DNA from: an uncultured bacterium
GTDB taxonomy: Bacteria; Verrucomicrobiota; Kiritimatiellia; CAIVKH01
Length of the DNA stretch: 64,000 bases
Assembly: GCA_903906425.1 (NCBI GenBank)
Contig: CAIVKH010000193.1
Coordinates: 2,903-66,902 of the forward strand
Direction: 5' to 3'
In this document: one piece after another, positions 20,541 to 29,536 of the stretch
Layout of the letters: each line of letters begins with the position of its first letter
How positions within the stretch are numbered: the first letter of the stretch is position 1
Position numbers and translations under genes: made by a program
Notes under the pieces: generated by a model
Told to the model about the DNA's origin: nothing
Seen by the model: only the letters and a program-made list of their open reading frames with translations
The model's database searches: none

Positions 20541-21775
20541 CTTCGATGGCAACGAACGCAACCACGGATCATCTGCTCAGCGTTTCAAACGTCCGGGCGC
20601 CGTGCCGGATGCTGGTCGTCGGCGTCGGTGATGGCGGTGGCCATTGCGTCATCCGCATGTCCGAAACCTGGCGCAACGGGCCGGACATCGCCTTCATCAA
20701 CACGGACGTCAAGGCGCTCTCCGCGTGTCCCGTCGGCCGGTGCATTCCCATCGGCAAGACGACCGCGCACGGTCTCGGCACCGCCGGCGACGCGACGATG
20801 GGCCGGCTTGCCGCCGAGGAAAACATCGAGGAAATCCAAGAGCTTCTGAGCCAGTACGATTTCGTTTTCATGGTCGGCGGGCTGGGCGGCGGAACCGCCG
20901 GCGGCACGATGCCGCTCATCGCGCAGATTGCGGGCAAGGCCGGCATCATCACGCTTTGTTTCGTGACCATGCCGTTCAAATTCGAAGGCGACCGCAAACG
21001 GCTCAGCGCCGAGGAAGCCCTGCGCGTTTTGCGCCAGGCAGCCGACACGGTCGTATGCCTTCCGAACGACCGGCTCCAGGAACTGGCCGATCCAAACCTG
21101 CCGGTCGAATCCGCGTTTCGCATCACCGACGAAATCGTCGCCGCTGGCGTCCACGCGATGTGGCGGCTGCTGACGCAGGACGGCGTCATCAATTTGAATT
21201 TCGCCGACGTGCGCGAACTCTTCGAGCGCAGCGGCGGCACCTGCGGCTACGGCTACGCCGAAGGTCGCGGCCCGGCGCGCGCGACCGACGCGCTGCAGGC
21301 GCTGCTCGACAGCCCGCTGCTCGCGAAGGGGCGGCAGATTTCCGAGGCGCTCGGCGTGCTTGTCAGCATCACCGGCGGCCCCGATCTTACGCTCGCCGAA
21401 GTCCAGGGCATCATGGGCCAGATCCAGGCGATGACTCGCACGAACGCCAAATTCTTTTTCGGCGCGCTCGTTGACCCCGCGTGGCGCGACCGTATTTCCA
21501 TCACTGTGCTGGTCACCGAGCACTGGCTCGAAGACCGCGAAGGAAAAATTCCCGCGCGCGACACCGCGCACGATCTCATCACAAATGTTCGTCCCGACTC
21601 CGCCGAAGCCGCCGACACCGCGACCGGCAATACGGACATCGAGCAGACGGAAATTCCCTTCGAAGCGGCAGGCAAGGGCCGCTTCGAAAAAGTCGAACCG
21701 ACTTTTTATCGCGGCCAGGACCTCGACATCCCGACCTACATCCGCCGCGGCCTCAACCTCTCCTTCGAGCACTAA
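20537..21775 (+). CDS. ftsZ: Cell division protein FtsZ, divergent
   Basis: INTD, GGGTAGG, PFKFEG, NLNFADVR, C-terminal DLDIPTYIRR core peptide; ATGA overlap with ftsA. Confidence 0.9.
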   Translation: MTSMATNATTDHLLSVSNVRAPCRMLVVGVGDGGGHCVIRMSETWRNGPDIAFINTDVKALSACPVGRCIPIGKTTAHGLGTAGDATMGRLAAEENIEEIQELLSQYDFVFMVGGLGGGTAGGTMPLIAQIAGKAGIITLCFVTMPFKFEGDRKRLSAEEALRVLRQAADTVVCLPNDRLQELADPNLPVESAFRITDEIVAAGVHAMWRLLTQDGVINLNFADVRELFERSGGTCGYGYAEGRGPARATDALQALLDSPLLAKGRQISEALGVLVSITGGPDLTLAEVQGIMGQIQAMTRTNAKFFFGALVDPAWRDRISITVLVTEHWLEDREGKIPARDTAHDLITNVRPDSAEAADTATGNTDIEQTEIPFEAAGKGRFEKVEPTFYRGQDLDIPTYIRRGLNLSFEH

Positions 21776-21794
21776 AAATTCCGCCCACGCATTT

Positions 21795-21841
21795 TGCCAA
21801 TCATTGGAAATTTGCGCCTTCGCGACTTCCAATGATTGGCA
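21795..21841. repeat. Palindrome doublet locus 7
   Basis: TGCCAATCATTGGAA (21795) + TTCCAATGATTGGCA (21827), period 32. Confidence 0.95.
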
Positions 21842-21929
21842 ATTTTTGAGAACGATTTTCTTCACGCGACGTGCGGACCGGAAACAAAGCGCTGGTCTTC
21901 GCGGCGGGGCGCTGACATTTTCGCATGCG

Positions 21930-22913
21930 ATGAAACACGAACTCGCCGATTTTTCCGCGCTCACGCCGGACATGGTCCTGCAACTCATCGAGTCGGCGCT
22001 CGGCGTGCGCTGCTCGAACCTCTGCCGGACGCTGACCAGCTACATCAACCGCGTCTATGACGTGAAGCTCGACGACGAGTCGTGGGTCGTCGCGAAATTT
22101 TATCGGCCCGGCCGCTGGAATCGCGATGCGTTGCAGGACGAGCAGGATTTTCTGACCGAGCTTGCCGCCGCGGAACTGCCGGTCATCGCGCCGATCAGGA
22201 ATGCGAGTGGCGCGACGCTTCACGAACACGAAGGACTTTTCTTTGCGATCTTCCCGAAGAAGGGCGGACGCCCGGTCGATGAATTCAACGATGACAATTG
22301 GAAGGAATTTGGCCGGCTCATGGCGCGCGTCCACAACGTCGGCGCGCAACATGCGCCGCGCAACCGCATCGTCATCGATCCGCGAAAATCAACGCAGGAA
22401 CATCTCCAGGCGATCCTCGCGCTGGAATTTTCATCCGCAGGGCTGCGCCGCGAATTCGAGCAGACCGTCAACGAACTCGTGACGCAGATCGCGCCGATGT
22501 TCGACGATGCCGCGATGCTGCGCATCCACGGCGACAGCCACGCCGCGAACATTCTCCAGCGCCCCGGCGAATCCATGTTCCTGATAGATTTCGACGACAT
22601 GGCGCTCGGCCCGCCGGTGCAGGATTTATGGATGATGCTGCCCGGCCACCGGCGCGATTCGTCACGCGAGCTTGACCTGCTGCTCGACGGCTACGAAACC
22701 TTCCGCGAATTCGATTATCCAACGCTGCGCCTGATCGAACCGCTGCGCGCGATGCGGTTCATCCATTTCATGGCGTGGTGCGCGCGGCAGAAAGCCGACG
22801 GCGGTTTCGCGCGTCTCTCGCCCGACTGGGGCAGCGCCTCCTATTGGAAGCAGGAAATCCACGACCTGCGAAAACAGATGCAGGAGATCGCCGACCACGA
22901 GAGCGGGCATTGA
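21930..22913 (+). CDS. srkA: Stress response Ser/Thr kinase SrkA/RdoA (YihE family)
   Basis: SYINRVY, KFYRPGRW, RIHGDxHxxN, IDFDD, VQDLWM, IEPLRAMR. Confidence 0.9.
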   Translation: MKHELADFSALTPDMVLQLIESALGVRCSNLCRTLTSYINRVYDVKLDDESWVVAKFYRPGRWNRDALQDEQDFLTELAAAELPVIAPIRNASGATLHEHEGLFFAIFPKKGGRPVDEFNDDNWKEFGRLMARVHNVGAQHAPRNRIVIDPRKSTQEHLQAILALEFSSAGLRREFEQTVNELVTQIAPMFDDAAMLRIHGDSHAANILQRPGESMFLIDFDDMALGPPVQDLWMMLPGHRRDSSRELDLLLDGYETFREFDYPTLRLIEPLRAMRFIHFMAWCARQKADGGFARLSPDWGSASYWKQEIHDLRKQMQEIADHESGH

Positions 22914-22975
22914 GCCATCGCGGAGACGCAGACTCGACGCGCGGACGTCAGCCGCTATGATTCGCGCCAATTTCC

Positions 22976-23710
22976 ATGCATACGACTTTTCATGTTGGCA
23001 GCAGCGGCGGCTTCGGCGGCCTCCCGATTCTGATCTTCATCGTGGTCGCGGCGCTGATCGTCGTCGGCGCGATTTACAGTTGGATCAATGCGAAGAAGCG
23101 ACGCGAAGCGCTCGCGGCGTGGGCCGCGTCGAAGGGGTTGTCGTTTTCCGAAGGCCGCGACGGCGGCTATGAATATTCCTTCCCCGAATTCAAGGTGCTG
23201 AAAGCCGGCGAGAGCGACCGCTACGCCTACAACATCATCTCCGGCAGCTATCGCAACCGCGAACTGCGCGCCTTCGATTACCACTACATCACGACCAGCA
23301 CTGACGACAAAGGCAACCGAACGACGACTCACCACACGTTCTCCGCGGTCATCATTGCCAGCACAATTCCGCTGAAGCCGCTGCACATCCGTCCCGAAGG
23401 ATTCTTCGACAAGATTGGCGCGGTGTTCGGCTTCGAGGACATCAACTTCGAGTCGGCCGAATTCAGCCGCAAATACAAAGTCACCGCGCCCGACCGCAAA
23501 TGGGCCTACGACGTTTTGCACGCGCGCGCCATCGAATATCTCCTGAAGCTCCCGCCCTTCTCGATGCAGCTCGACAGCCGCAACGTCATTTTCTGGAACA
23601 ACAAAAACTGGGACGTTCCGCAATTCGAATCCGCGATGAACATCGTCAACGACCTGCTCGAAATGCTGCCCGAATATGTGAAGGAACAACAACTGGGAAC
23701 CACGCCATGA
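22976..23710 (+). CDS. Membrane-anchored hypothetical protein associated with lemA
   Basis: N-terminal TM; DINFESAEFSRKY; ATGA-coupled to lemA. Confidence 0.75.
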   Translation: MHTTFHVGSSGGFGGLPILIFIVVAALIVVGAIYSWINAKKRREALAAWAASKGLSFSEGRDGGYEYSFPEFKVLKAGESDRYAYNIISGSYRNRELRAFDYHYITTSTDDKGNRTTTHHTFSAVIIASTIPLKPLHIRPEGFFDKIGAVFGFEDINFESAEFSRKYKVTAPDRKWAYDVLHARAIEYLLKLPPFSMQLDSRNVIFWNNKNWDVPQFESAMNIVNDLLEMLPEYVKEQQLGTTP

Positions 23711-24285
23711 ACAACATGCCAGTGAACAATGTGCCGCTGATCATCATCGCGGTCGTATTCCTCTTCCTCATCATCTGGTTCTTCGGCACCTACAACGGCC
23801 TCGTCCGCCTCCGCAACTACGTCCGCGAATCCTGGGCCCAGATCGACACCGAGCTCAAGCGCCGCTACGACCTGATCCCCAACCTCGTCGAAACCGTCAA
23901 AGGCTACGCCACCCACGAACGCCAGGTCTTCGAAGCCGTCACCGAGGCCCGCAACCGCGCCGTCGCCTCCACCGGATCGCCCGCCTCGCAGGCCGCCGAC
24001 GAAAACACGCTCGTGCGTTCCATGCGCAGCCTCTTCGCCGTCGCCGAAAACTATCCCGACCTCAAAGCCAACAAAAATTTCCTCAAACTCCAGCAGGAAC
24101 TCATCAACACCGAAGATCGCATCCAGGCCGCGCGCCGCTTCTTCAACGCCAACGTCCGCGACTTCAACAACCGCACCGAAATGTTCCCCTCCAGCATCAT
24201 CGCCGGCATGTTCGGTTTCAAACGCGAGGAATTTTTCGAAGTCGAGGAAGTCGTCGTCCGCGCCGCCCCCGTCGTAAAAATCTGA
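23707..24285 (+). CDS. lemA: LemA family protein
   Basis: YNGLV.LRN, LKRRYDLIPNLVETVKGY, AENYPDLKA, ARRFFN. Confidence 0.95.
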   Translation: MNNMPVNNVPLIIIAVVFLFLIIWFFGTYNGLVRLRNYVRESWAQIDTELKRRYDLIPNLVETVKGYATHERQVFEAVTEARNRAVASTGSPASQAADENTLVRSMRSLFAVAENYPDLKANKNFLKLQQELINTEDRIQAARRFFNANVRDFNNRTEMFPSSIIAGMFGFKREEFFEVEEVVVRAAPVVKI

Positions 24286-24346
24286 CCACCCGCCCCACCC
24301 CGCCGCCCGGCGTGGAAACCTTCTGGATGCGCGGCCACGATGGAAT

Positions 24347-24425
24347 TTCCAATCATTGGAACTTTGCGTCGGGTATTTTTCCAATGATTGGAAAAGACGG
24401 CCGCGCCAACTTCCAATGATTGGAA
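24347..24425. repeat. Palindrome triplet locus 8
   Basis: Copies at 24347 (C), 24379 (G) and 24411 (G), periods 32 and 32. Confidence 0.95.
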
Positions 24426-24512
24426 ATTTTCGCGCGCGGCAGAACCGCGGCACGTGTTGAAATGTTGCGCGCCTCTGACGAGGCGCATATTCTGAACGAC
24501 AAGTTTTTCGTC

Positions 24513-26951
24513 ATGGAATTTCGATTTTCAACCGGTTCGAGTTTTGCGGGCTACACGCTCGACGCGCCGCTGGGCGCGGGCTGCGCGGGCGAAACGTATC
24601 GCGCGCGCCGGGCCGGGGCGCACGTCAACGTCGCGCTGAAAATCGCGTGGCCCCATCTGGCGGCCGGGCCCGGCTTCGCGTTCGCGATGCAACGGCAAAT
24701 CCGCATTCTTCAAAAAATCCGGGGCGCCCGCCTCGCGATCATCATGGACACCGGCATCAGCAAGGGCCTGCCGTTCATCGCGTCGGAATTCATCACCGGG
24801 CCGGGTGGAATCCCGCTGTCGCTGCGCGATGTCCAGGCTGAAGTTCTCGGCAAGGACCGGCAGCTTGACGAAGACATCGTCTTCAAAATCGGGAAGAGCC
24901 TCGCCGACAAACTGGGCGCGATTCACGCGTTTCGCGACGCGAAGGAATGCCCGGATGGAATCGCGCTCGGCGATCTTCGACCCACGAACGTTCTCTTCGA
25001 TGCGGACAAACGAATTCACCTGTGCGATGCGGGATTCGGCGTGCTCGCGCTCGGCGTCGCGCGAGCCGCGGATTGCGCCGCGCCCGCCGTCGAAACGTGC
25101 GGCATCAGCCCGGAGGTACTCGCCGGCGGAAAGCCGACGGTCCGGTCCGATGTCTATTCGTTCGGCGCGCTGCTTTACGAATTGCTCACGGGGCAGAAAT
25201 ATTCGGCCGATGCCAAGCCCTGCGCCGAAATCCGTAAAAGCATCCGCCCGGGCTGGGCTGCCGTGCTCAGCCGCTGCCTCGCGAAAAATCCGGACGAGCG
25301 GTTTGCCGACACGGCGTCGCTGAAAACTTTCATCGAGAATGTCGAACAAACGCCGCGACCCACCATCGCCATTTCCGAAGATCGCGTTGTCCCGGCCGTC
25401 GCGGCCACGCAAGAAAAGCAGGCGGTTCCGGCGCCGGTCGCGACGCCAGTGATTCCGCAGTCGCTCACCGCCGATTTGCCGAAGACAACTTCCGTACCGA
25501 AAGAATCGGCCGTGGCTTGGAAATCTCCACCTGCGGTGAGGTCGGCGAAACTCAAGACGGGTGGGCCGAAACTGCCGCCGCCAAAATCTCCGCCGCCGAA
25601 GATTGCCCCGGTGAAAACAGATCTGAAGCCGCCCGTCGCGAAGGCGGCAGAGACCGGCATCGTTGCGGCTCCAGTGACGGCAACCCCTGCAGGGCCGCCG
25701 GTGGCTGCAAAACGGAAATATATTCTGCCGATGATCACGTCCGGCATTCTGATTGTCGCGATCATCGTGCTTCTGGTCATCGCACATTTCTCGAGAAAAG
25801 ATAAAGGCCGGACAGCCGCGCAATTTCCCGCGCCCACAGCTGCTGCCGCTCCAGCGCAACGCGTGGCACCGGTGCAAACCATCACGCCGCAGGCGCAGCC
25901 ACAAGGATTATCGCCGGTTGCCGATGCCGACTCGGCGGCGCAATCCGCCGCAGCCGCAGCTGCGAAACCCACCCCACCTGAATCGCAAACCGCGCCGCAG
26001 CCCGTCGCGCCACAGGCAGCGGCGAAATCCACTGTCGCAGCTGCGGCTCCAGCGGAAGAAAAACCGTGGAAGGTCGCCGACCTTGGCATCACGATGAAGT
26101 GGATTCCGCCAGGCAAGGCGCTTGTCGGCAGCGAAGCCGAAGAGCGGACCGCCGCAGGAAAATTCATGCCGACAAAAGAGGAGCACGTTCTGACCTATGA
26201 AGACGTGAAGGAGGAAAACATCGCGGCAGGTTTCTGGCTTGGCGAAACCGAGGTGACCATCGGCCAGTGGAAACAATTCATCGCCGCGAACAAGGGCTAT
26301 AAGACAGCGGTCGAGAAAAAAGGCGGCGCGCTTTCGATCAAGGCCGACGGCTCGCTCGCTGTGACGCCCGGAACGAACTGGCGTTTGCCGATCCCCGGCG
26401 AAAGTCCCGCCGACGATCATCCTGTCACCTGCGTCTCGCCTGCCGACGCCGAGGCGTTCTGCGCGTGGCTCACAAAACGCGAACGCGAGGCCGGCCTGTT
26501 GTCCGAGGTTTTTGCTTTCCGGCTGCCCACCGAACTCGAATGGGACTACGCCTGCCGCGGCGGCGCAACCTCGCGCACCGCGTTCTGGTGGGGCGCCGAT
26601 CCCGCGGGCGGCGAGGGCCGGCTCAACGCGGCCGGCAGCGAGTTCGCGGAGAAATTCTCCGCGACAAAACCGTATTCATTTGCGTGGAACGATTCCTTCG
26701 TCCATGCCTCGCCTGTTGGTTCCTTCGGCGAAAAGGGCCGGAACGGATTCGGCCTTTCCGACATGCTCGGCAACGTCTGGGAATGCGTCACCAAACCGTT
26801 CGTTTCGAAATACACCTATGCCTGGCGCGGCGGCTCCTTCGCCGACGGCCCCGGCATTGTCCGTTGCGCCAGCGCGCGCCACCGCTACACCGAGAGTCCC
26901 TCCTGCACCGCCGGCTTCCGCCTCTGCTTCGCGCGCACCAACGCACAGTGA
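24513..26951 (+). CDS. Atypical Ser/Thr kinase - Pro/Ala linker - TM - FGE/SUMF1-like domain protein
   Basis: GxGxxG..VALK, DLRPTN, SDVYSFG kinase motifs; TM ILIVAIIVLLV; ETEVT, RLPTELEW, GLSDMLGNVWE, RGGSF, GFR FGE motifs. Confidence 0.85.
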   Translation: MEFRFSTGSSFAGYTLDAPLGAGCAGETYRARRAGAHVNVALKIAWPHLAAGPGFAFAMQRQIRILQKIRGARLAIIMDTGISKGLPFIASEFITGPGGIPLSLRDVQAEVLGKDRQLDEDIVFKIGKSLADKLGAIHAFRDAKECPDGIALGDLRPTNVLFDADKRIHLCDAGFGVLALGVARAADCAAPAVETCGISPEVLAGGKPTVRSDVYSFGALLYELLTGQKYSADAKPCAEIRKSIRPGWAAVLSRCLAKNPDERFADTASLKTFIENVEQTPRPTIAISEDRVVPAVAATQEKQAVPAPVATPVIPQSLTADLPKTTSVPKESAVAWKSPPAVRSAKLKTGGPKLPPPKSPPPKIAPVKTDLKPPVAKAAETGIVAAPVTATPAGPPVAAKRKYILPMITSGILIVAIIVLLVIAHFSRKDKGRTAAQFPAPTAAAAPAQRVAPVQTITPQAQPQGLSPVADADSAAQSAAAAAAKPTPPESQTAPQPVAPQAAAKSTVAAAAPAEEKPWKVADLGITMKWIPPGKALVGSEAEERTAAGKFMPTKEEHVLTYEDVKEENIAAGFWLGETEVTIGQWKQFIAANKGYKTAVEKKGGALSIKADGSLAVTPGTNWRLPIPGESPADDHPVTCVSPADAEAFCAWLTKREREAGLLSEVFAFRLPTELEWDYACRGGATSRTAFWWGADPAGGEGRLNAAGSEFAEKFSATKPYSFAWNDSFVHASPVGSFGEKGRNGFGLSDMLGNVWECVTKPFVSKYTYAWRGGSFADGPGIVRCASARHRYTESPSCTAGFRLCFARTNAQ

Positions 26952-26997
26952 TTTCAGATCGGCCGCCGCCCGCTGAATCGCCGGGCGAATCGGGAAC

Positions 26998-29454
26998 TCA
27001 CGGTTTCTTTTTGTAGGTGATGATCACCGCGGCCGGATGCGACGGGATCGCGAGGACGAGGCCGCCGTCCATGAGTTCACGGCCGGATTTCTCGGTCGTG
27101 GCGGCGATGTCGGGATTCGTGAGCGCGTAGGTCGTGTCCGGTTCGAGGCCGCGCAAGCGGAGGCGCGCAGATTCGTAGAGGCTGTGTTCGCGGCGGAAGA
27201 TCTGGATCATGCCGTCGCCGGTTTCTGGACGATCAAATTGCCACGCGATCCAAGCGTCGTCCGCGATGCTGTAGCTCATCAGCGGATAATAATCGCCGAG
27301 CATGAACGGAATGATTTTGCGCGCCTCGTCGTAGCAGCGTTTCGTCGCGGCGTCGTGGCCGGCGAATCCGGTGCACGGCATCAGATAGCTGCGCTCGCTG
27401 TACGCATCGGAAAATGTGCAGCCCGAACCGTAGTACGGAATCCACGACGAAATTCCGTACGTGTGTCCCTGGTTCGGCATTGTCGCACCGTGGCCGAATT
27501 GAAAATCGCTCCGCAGCAGCGGCACCGCCCGACGCAGCGTTTCGAGATCGTTGCGGCGTCCGCCGGAAGAACACGAGTCAATCCGCAGTTTCGGATTCCG
27601 TTTCAGCAGCTCGTCCCAGAAGGCGAGATAGCCGGAGACGTGTTTGTTTTCGGTGATGCCGCGACGGTCGGGCGCGTCGTTGCCGCGCCAGTTGCCGAGC
27701 GGGTCCATGTTGAAATCCTGCCGATACCAGTCGAGGCCCTCGCGCTTGATGAACGCGTCAATGTGATCGGTCAGCCATTTCCGCGCGTCGTCGTTTCCGA
27801 GGTTCAGCAAGTTGCCGCCGATGATCCAGTCAGGGTGATTCTTCGCGAGCCAGCTGTTCCCATCGCCAACGCGCTCCGGCTCGAACCACACGATGAACTT
27901 CTTGTCCTGTTTGTGGACGAAGTCGGCGAACGGACCAAATCCATTCGGATAGCGGTTCGTGTCAATTTCCCACGTGCCGGTTTGCGGCCACTGCGTGCAT
28001 GCGTACCAGCCGGCATCGCGCCAGCAGAGATCCCACGGAATTTTCGCGTCGAGAAATTCCTGCACCGTGTCGAACATGTCCTTTTCGCCGCCATGCTCGA
28101 AGGTGCGATAGCATTGCATTTGCAGCATCGGCTTCGGAAGTTCGCCGCCCACGCGCGGCACGTTGTGCGCGATCATCCAGCGACGCCACAAATTTTGCGA
28201 GCGCGCCACATCCGCGCCCTGCCAGAAAAAAAGTGCGATCAACGGCGTACGGATTTCTTCGCCGGGCTTCAGATAAAAATGTGTCTGCTCCTGCCCCGCG
28301 CGAATCCGCAACGCATTCTTGTCATCGCGCTCGAACGACGCGGCCCACTGGCCGGGCCAGCCGACGGCGAGAATCAAACCGCCGTCCGGCGTCTTCAAAT
28401 TGAAATACGGCCAGCCGCGCTCGCCGTTCGTCGGGCGTCCGCCCACCGGCGAAAATCGTTGGCTCGTGCGCGGGCGAAGATCGAACTGCACCGGCTCGTA
28501 ACTTTCCGGCGCGCACCAGTCGCCCTTGTTGCCGCGCAAAAGAAATTCGCCGGCATCGTCTCGCGTAAGCTGCGTGTCAAGCGCCTCGATGTTTTCCACG
28601 ATCGGCGAATTCGTCGCGCCGGTGTTCTTGAAATACAGAGTCCATTCGACCACCGGAAAATCGCGATACTCGACGCCGACGCAGTGGATCGCCAGTCCGC
28701 TTTTCGGATCAGAATACGTCAGCGTCCGCTCGACGCGCTGCGAATCAAGTTCGCGCGATTCGCGTTTCAGCTTCCACGAGCCGAGAAAATCCGACGATGG
28801 TTTGCCGTCATAATTGAATGAGAAGAACGGCTCCGGTCCGATCGGTTTCTTCTGCGCGGTCACAATCGGCATGTCGCCAAGCCAGAGAATATTCCCGCCG
28901 GCCAATTCGACTTTCGCGTCGGCCCAATCGGATTGATCCCATCCGATCCCATCGCCCGCGTCGCCAATTTCCAGCGTGAATTCCGTCGCACCGCCGAGAT
29001 CAACCGGCACCGGTACGGCCGGCGAATCCACGCGCTGCACGCCGGACTTGAAAAGCTCCTTGCCGCCAGCAGTCACCGAAAAAACGACACTTCCTTTTCC
29101 GCGCCGCGTGTCGTCGTTGCTGTCGAGGCCGGCAATTGCGGAGAAAGTTTTCCCCGGAGCGGGCAGCCGCACGATGATTCTGCTGACGGCGTGGCAATAC
29201 AGACCGCGCGTGAATTCTCGGCCCGCGACATTCAGCGGCGAGCCGCCGCGCGTATTCAGCGTGACCGGATCGTGGTTCGCCAGCACATGCAAACCGCTCT
29301 GCGCGTCATTCGTTTTTTCCGCGCCGTCGAATTTTGCCGCCGCCCATCGCCGCGCCTCCGCGAGTTCGCCCGACGTCGGCACAACGGCCATCGCGAATTG
29401 AATCGCCGAAGCTGACATCACCGCCGCCACGCCGAACCGGAATCGACTTCTCAC
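26998..29454 (-). CDS. GH36-like alpha-galactosidase with NPCBM domain
   Basis: DAGWY, WFEPERV, RQDFN, IDSCSSGGRRNDLE; GGAGG 8 nt before a GTG start giving a signal-like N-terminus. Confidence 0.85.
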   Translation of the reverse strand: MRSRFRFGVAAVMSASAIQFAMAVVPTSGELAEARRWAAAKFDGAEKTNDAQSGLHVLANHDPVTLNTRGGSPLNVAGREFTRGLYCHAVSRIIVRLPAPGKTFSAIAGLDSNDDTRRGKGSVVFSVTAGGKELFKSGVQRVDSPAVPVPVDLGGATEFTLEIGDAGDGIGWDQSDWADAKVELAGGNILWLGDMPIVTAQKKPIGPEPFFSFNYDGKPSSDFLGSWKLKRESRELDSQRVERTLTYSDPKSGLAIHCVGVEYRDFPVVEWTLYFKNTGATNSPIVENIEALDTQLTRDDAGEFLLRGNKGDWCAPESYEPVQFDLRPRTSQRFSPVGGRPTNGERGWPYFNLKTPDGGLILAVGWPGQWAASFERDDKNALRIRAGQEQTHFYLKPGEEIRTPLIALFFWQGADVARSQNLWRRWMIAHNVPRVGGELPKPMLQMQCYRTFEHGGEKDMFDTVQEFLDAKIPWDLCWRDAGWYACTQWPQTGTWEIDTNRYPNGFGPFADFVHKQDKKFIVWFEPERVGDGNSWLAKNHPDWIIGGNLLNLGNDDARKWLTDHIDAFIKREGLDWYRQDFNMDPLGNWRGNDAPDRRGITENKHVSGYLAFWDELLKRNPKLRIDSCSSGGRRNDLETLRRAVPLLRSDFQFGHGATMPNQGHTYGISSWIPYYGSGCTFSDAYSERSYLMPCTGFAGHDAATKRCYDEARKIIPFMLGDYYPLMSYSIADDAWIAWQFDRPETGDGMIQIFRREHSLYESARLRLRGLEPDTTYALTNPDIAATTEKSGRELMDGGLVLAIPSHPAAVIITYKKKP

Positions 29455-29488
29455 GCACGCATCCTCCCGTTTGTTCGCAAAGCATGTT

Positions 29489-29535
29489 TTCCAATCATTG
29501 GAAGTTATCGCGGCGCAAATTTCCAATCATTGGAG
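29489..29535. repeat. Palindrome doublet locus 9
   Basis: TTCCAATCATTGGAA (29489) + TTCCAATCATTGGAG (29521), period 32. Confidence 0.95.
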
Positions 29536-29536
29536 G

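Noticed and set aside
24347-24425. Palindrome-spacer-palindrome arrays as mini-CRISPR
   Set aside because: Repeat is 15 bp, spacers are 17-18 bp and share a consensus, arrays have only 2-3 units, are dispersed, and no cas genes are present.
25380-26060. Pro/Ala-rich low-complexity region as a DNA repeat
   Set aside because: Explained by protein linkers flanking the TM helix; no nucleotide periodicity seen.
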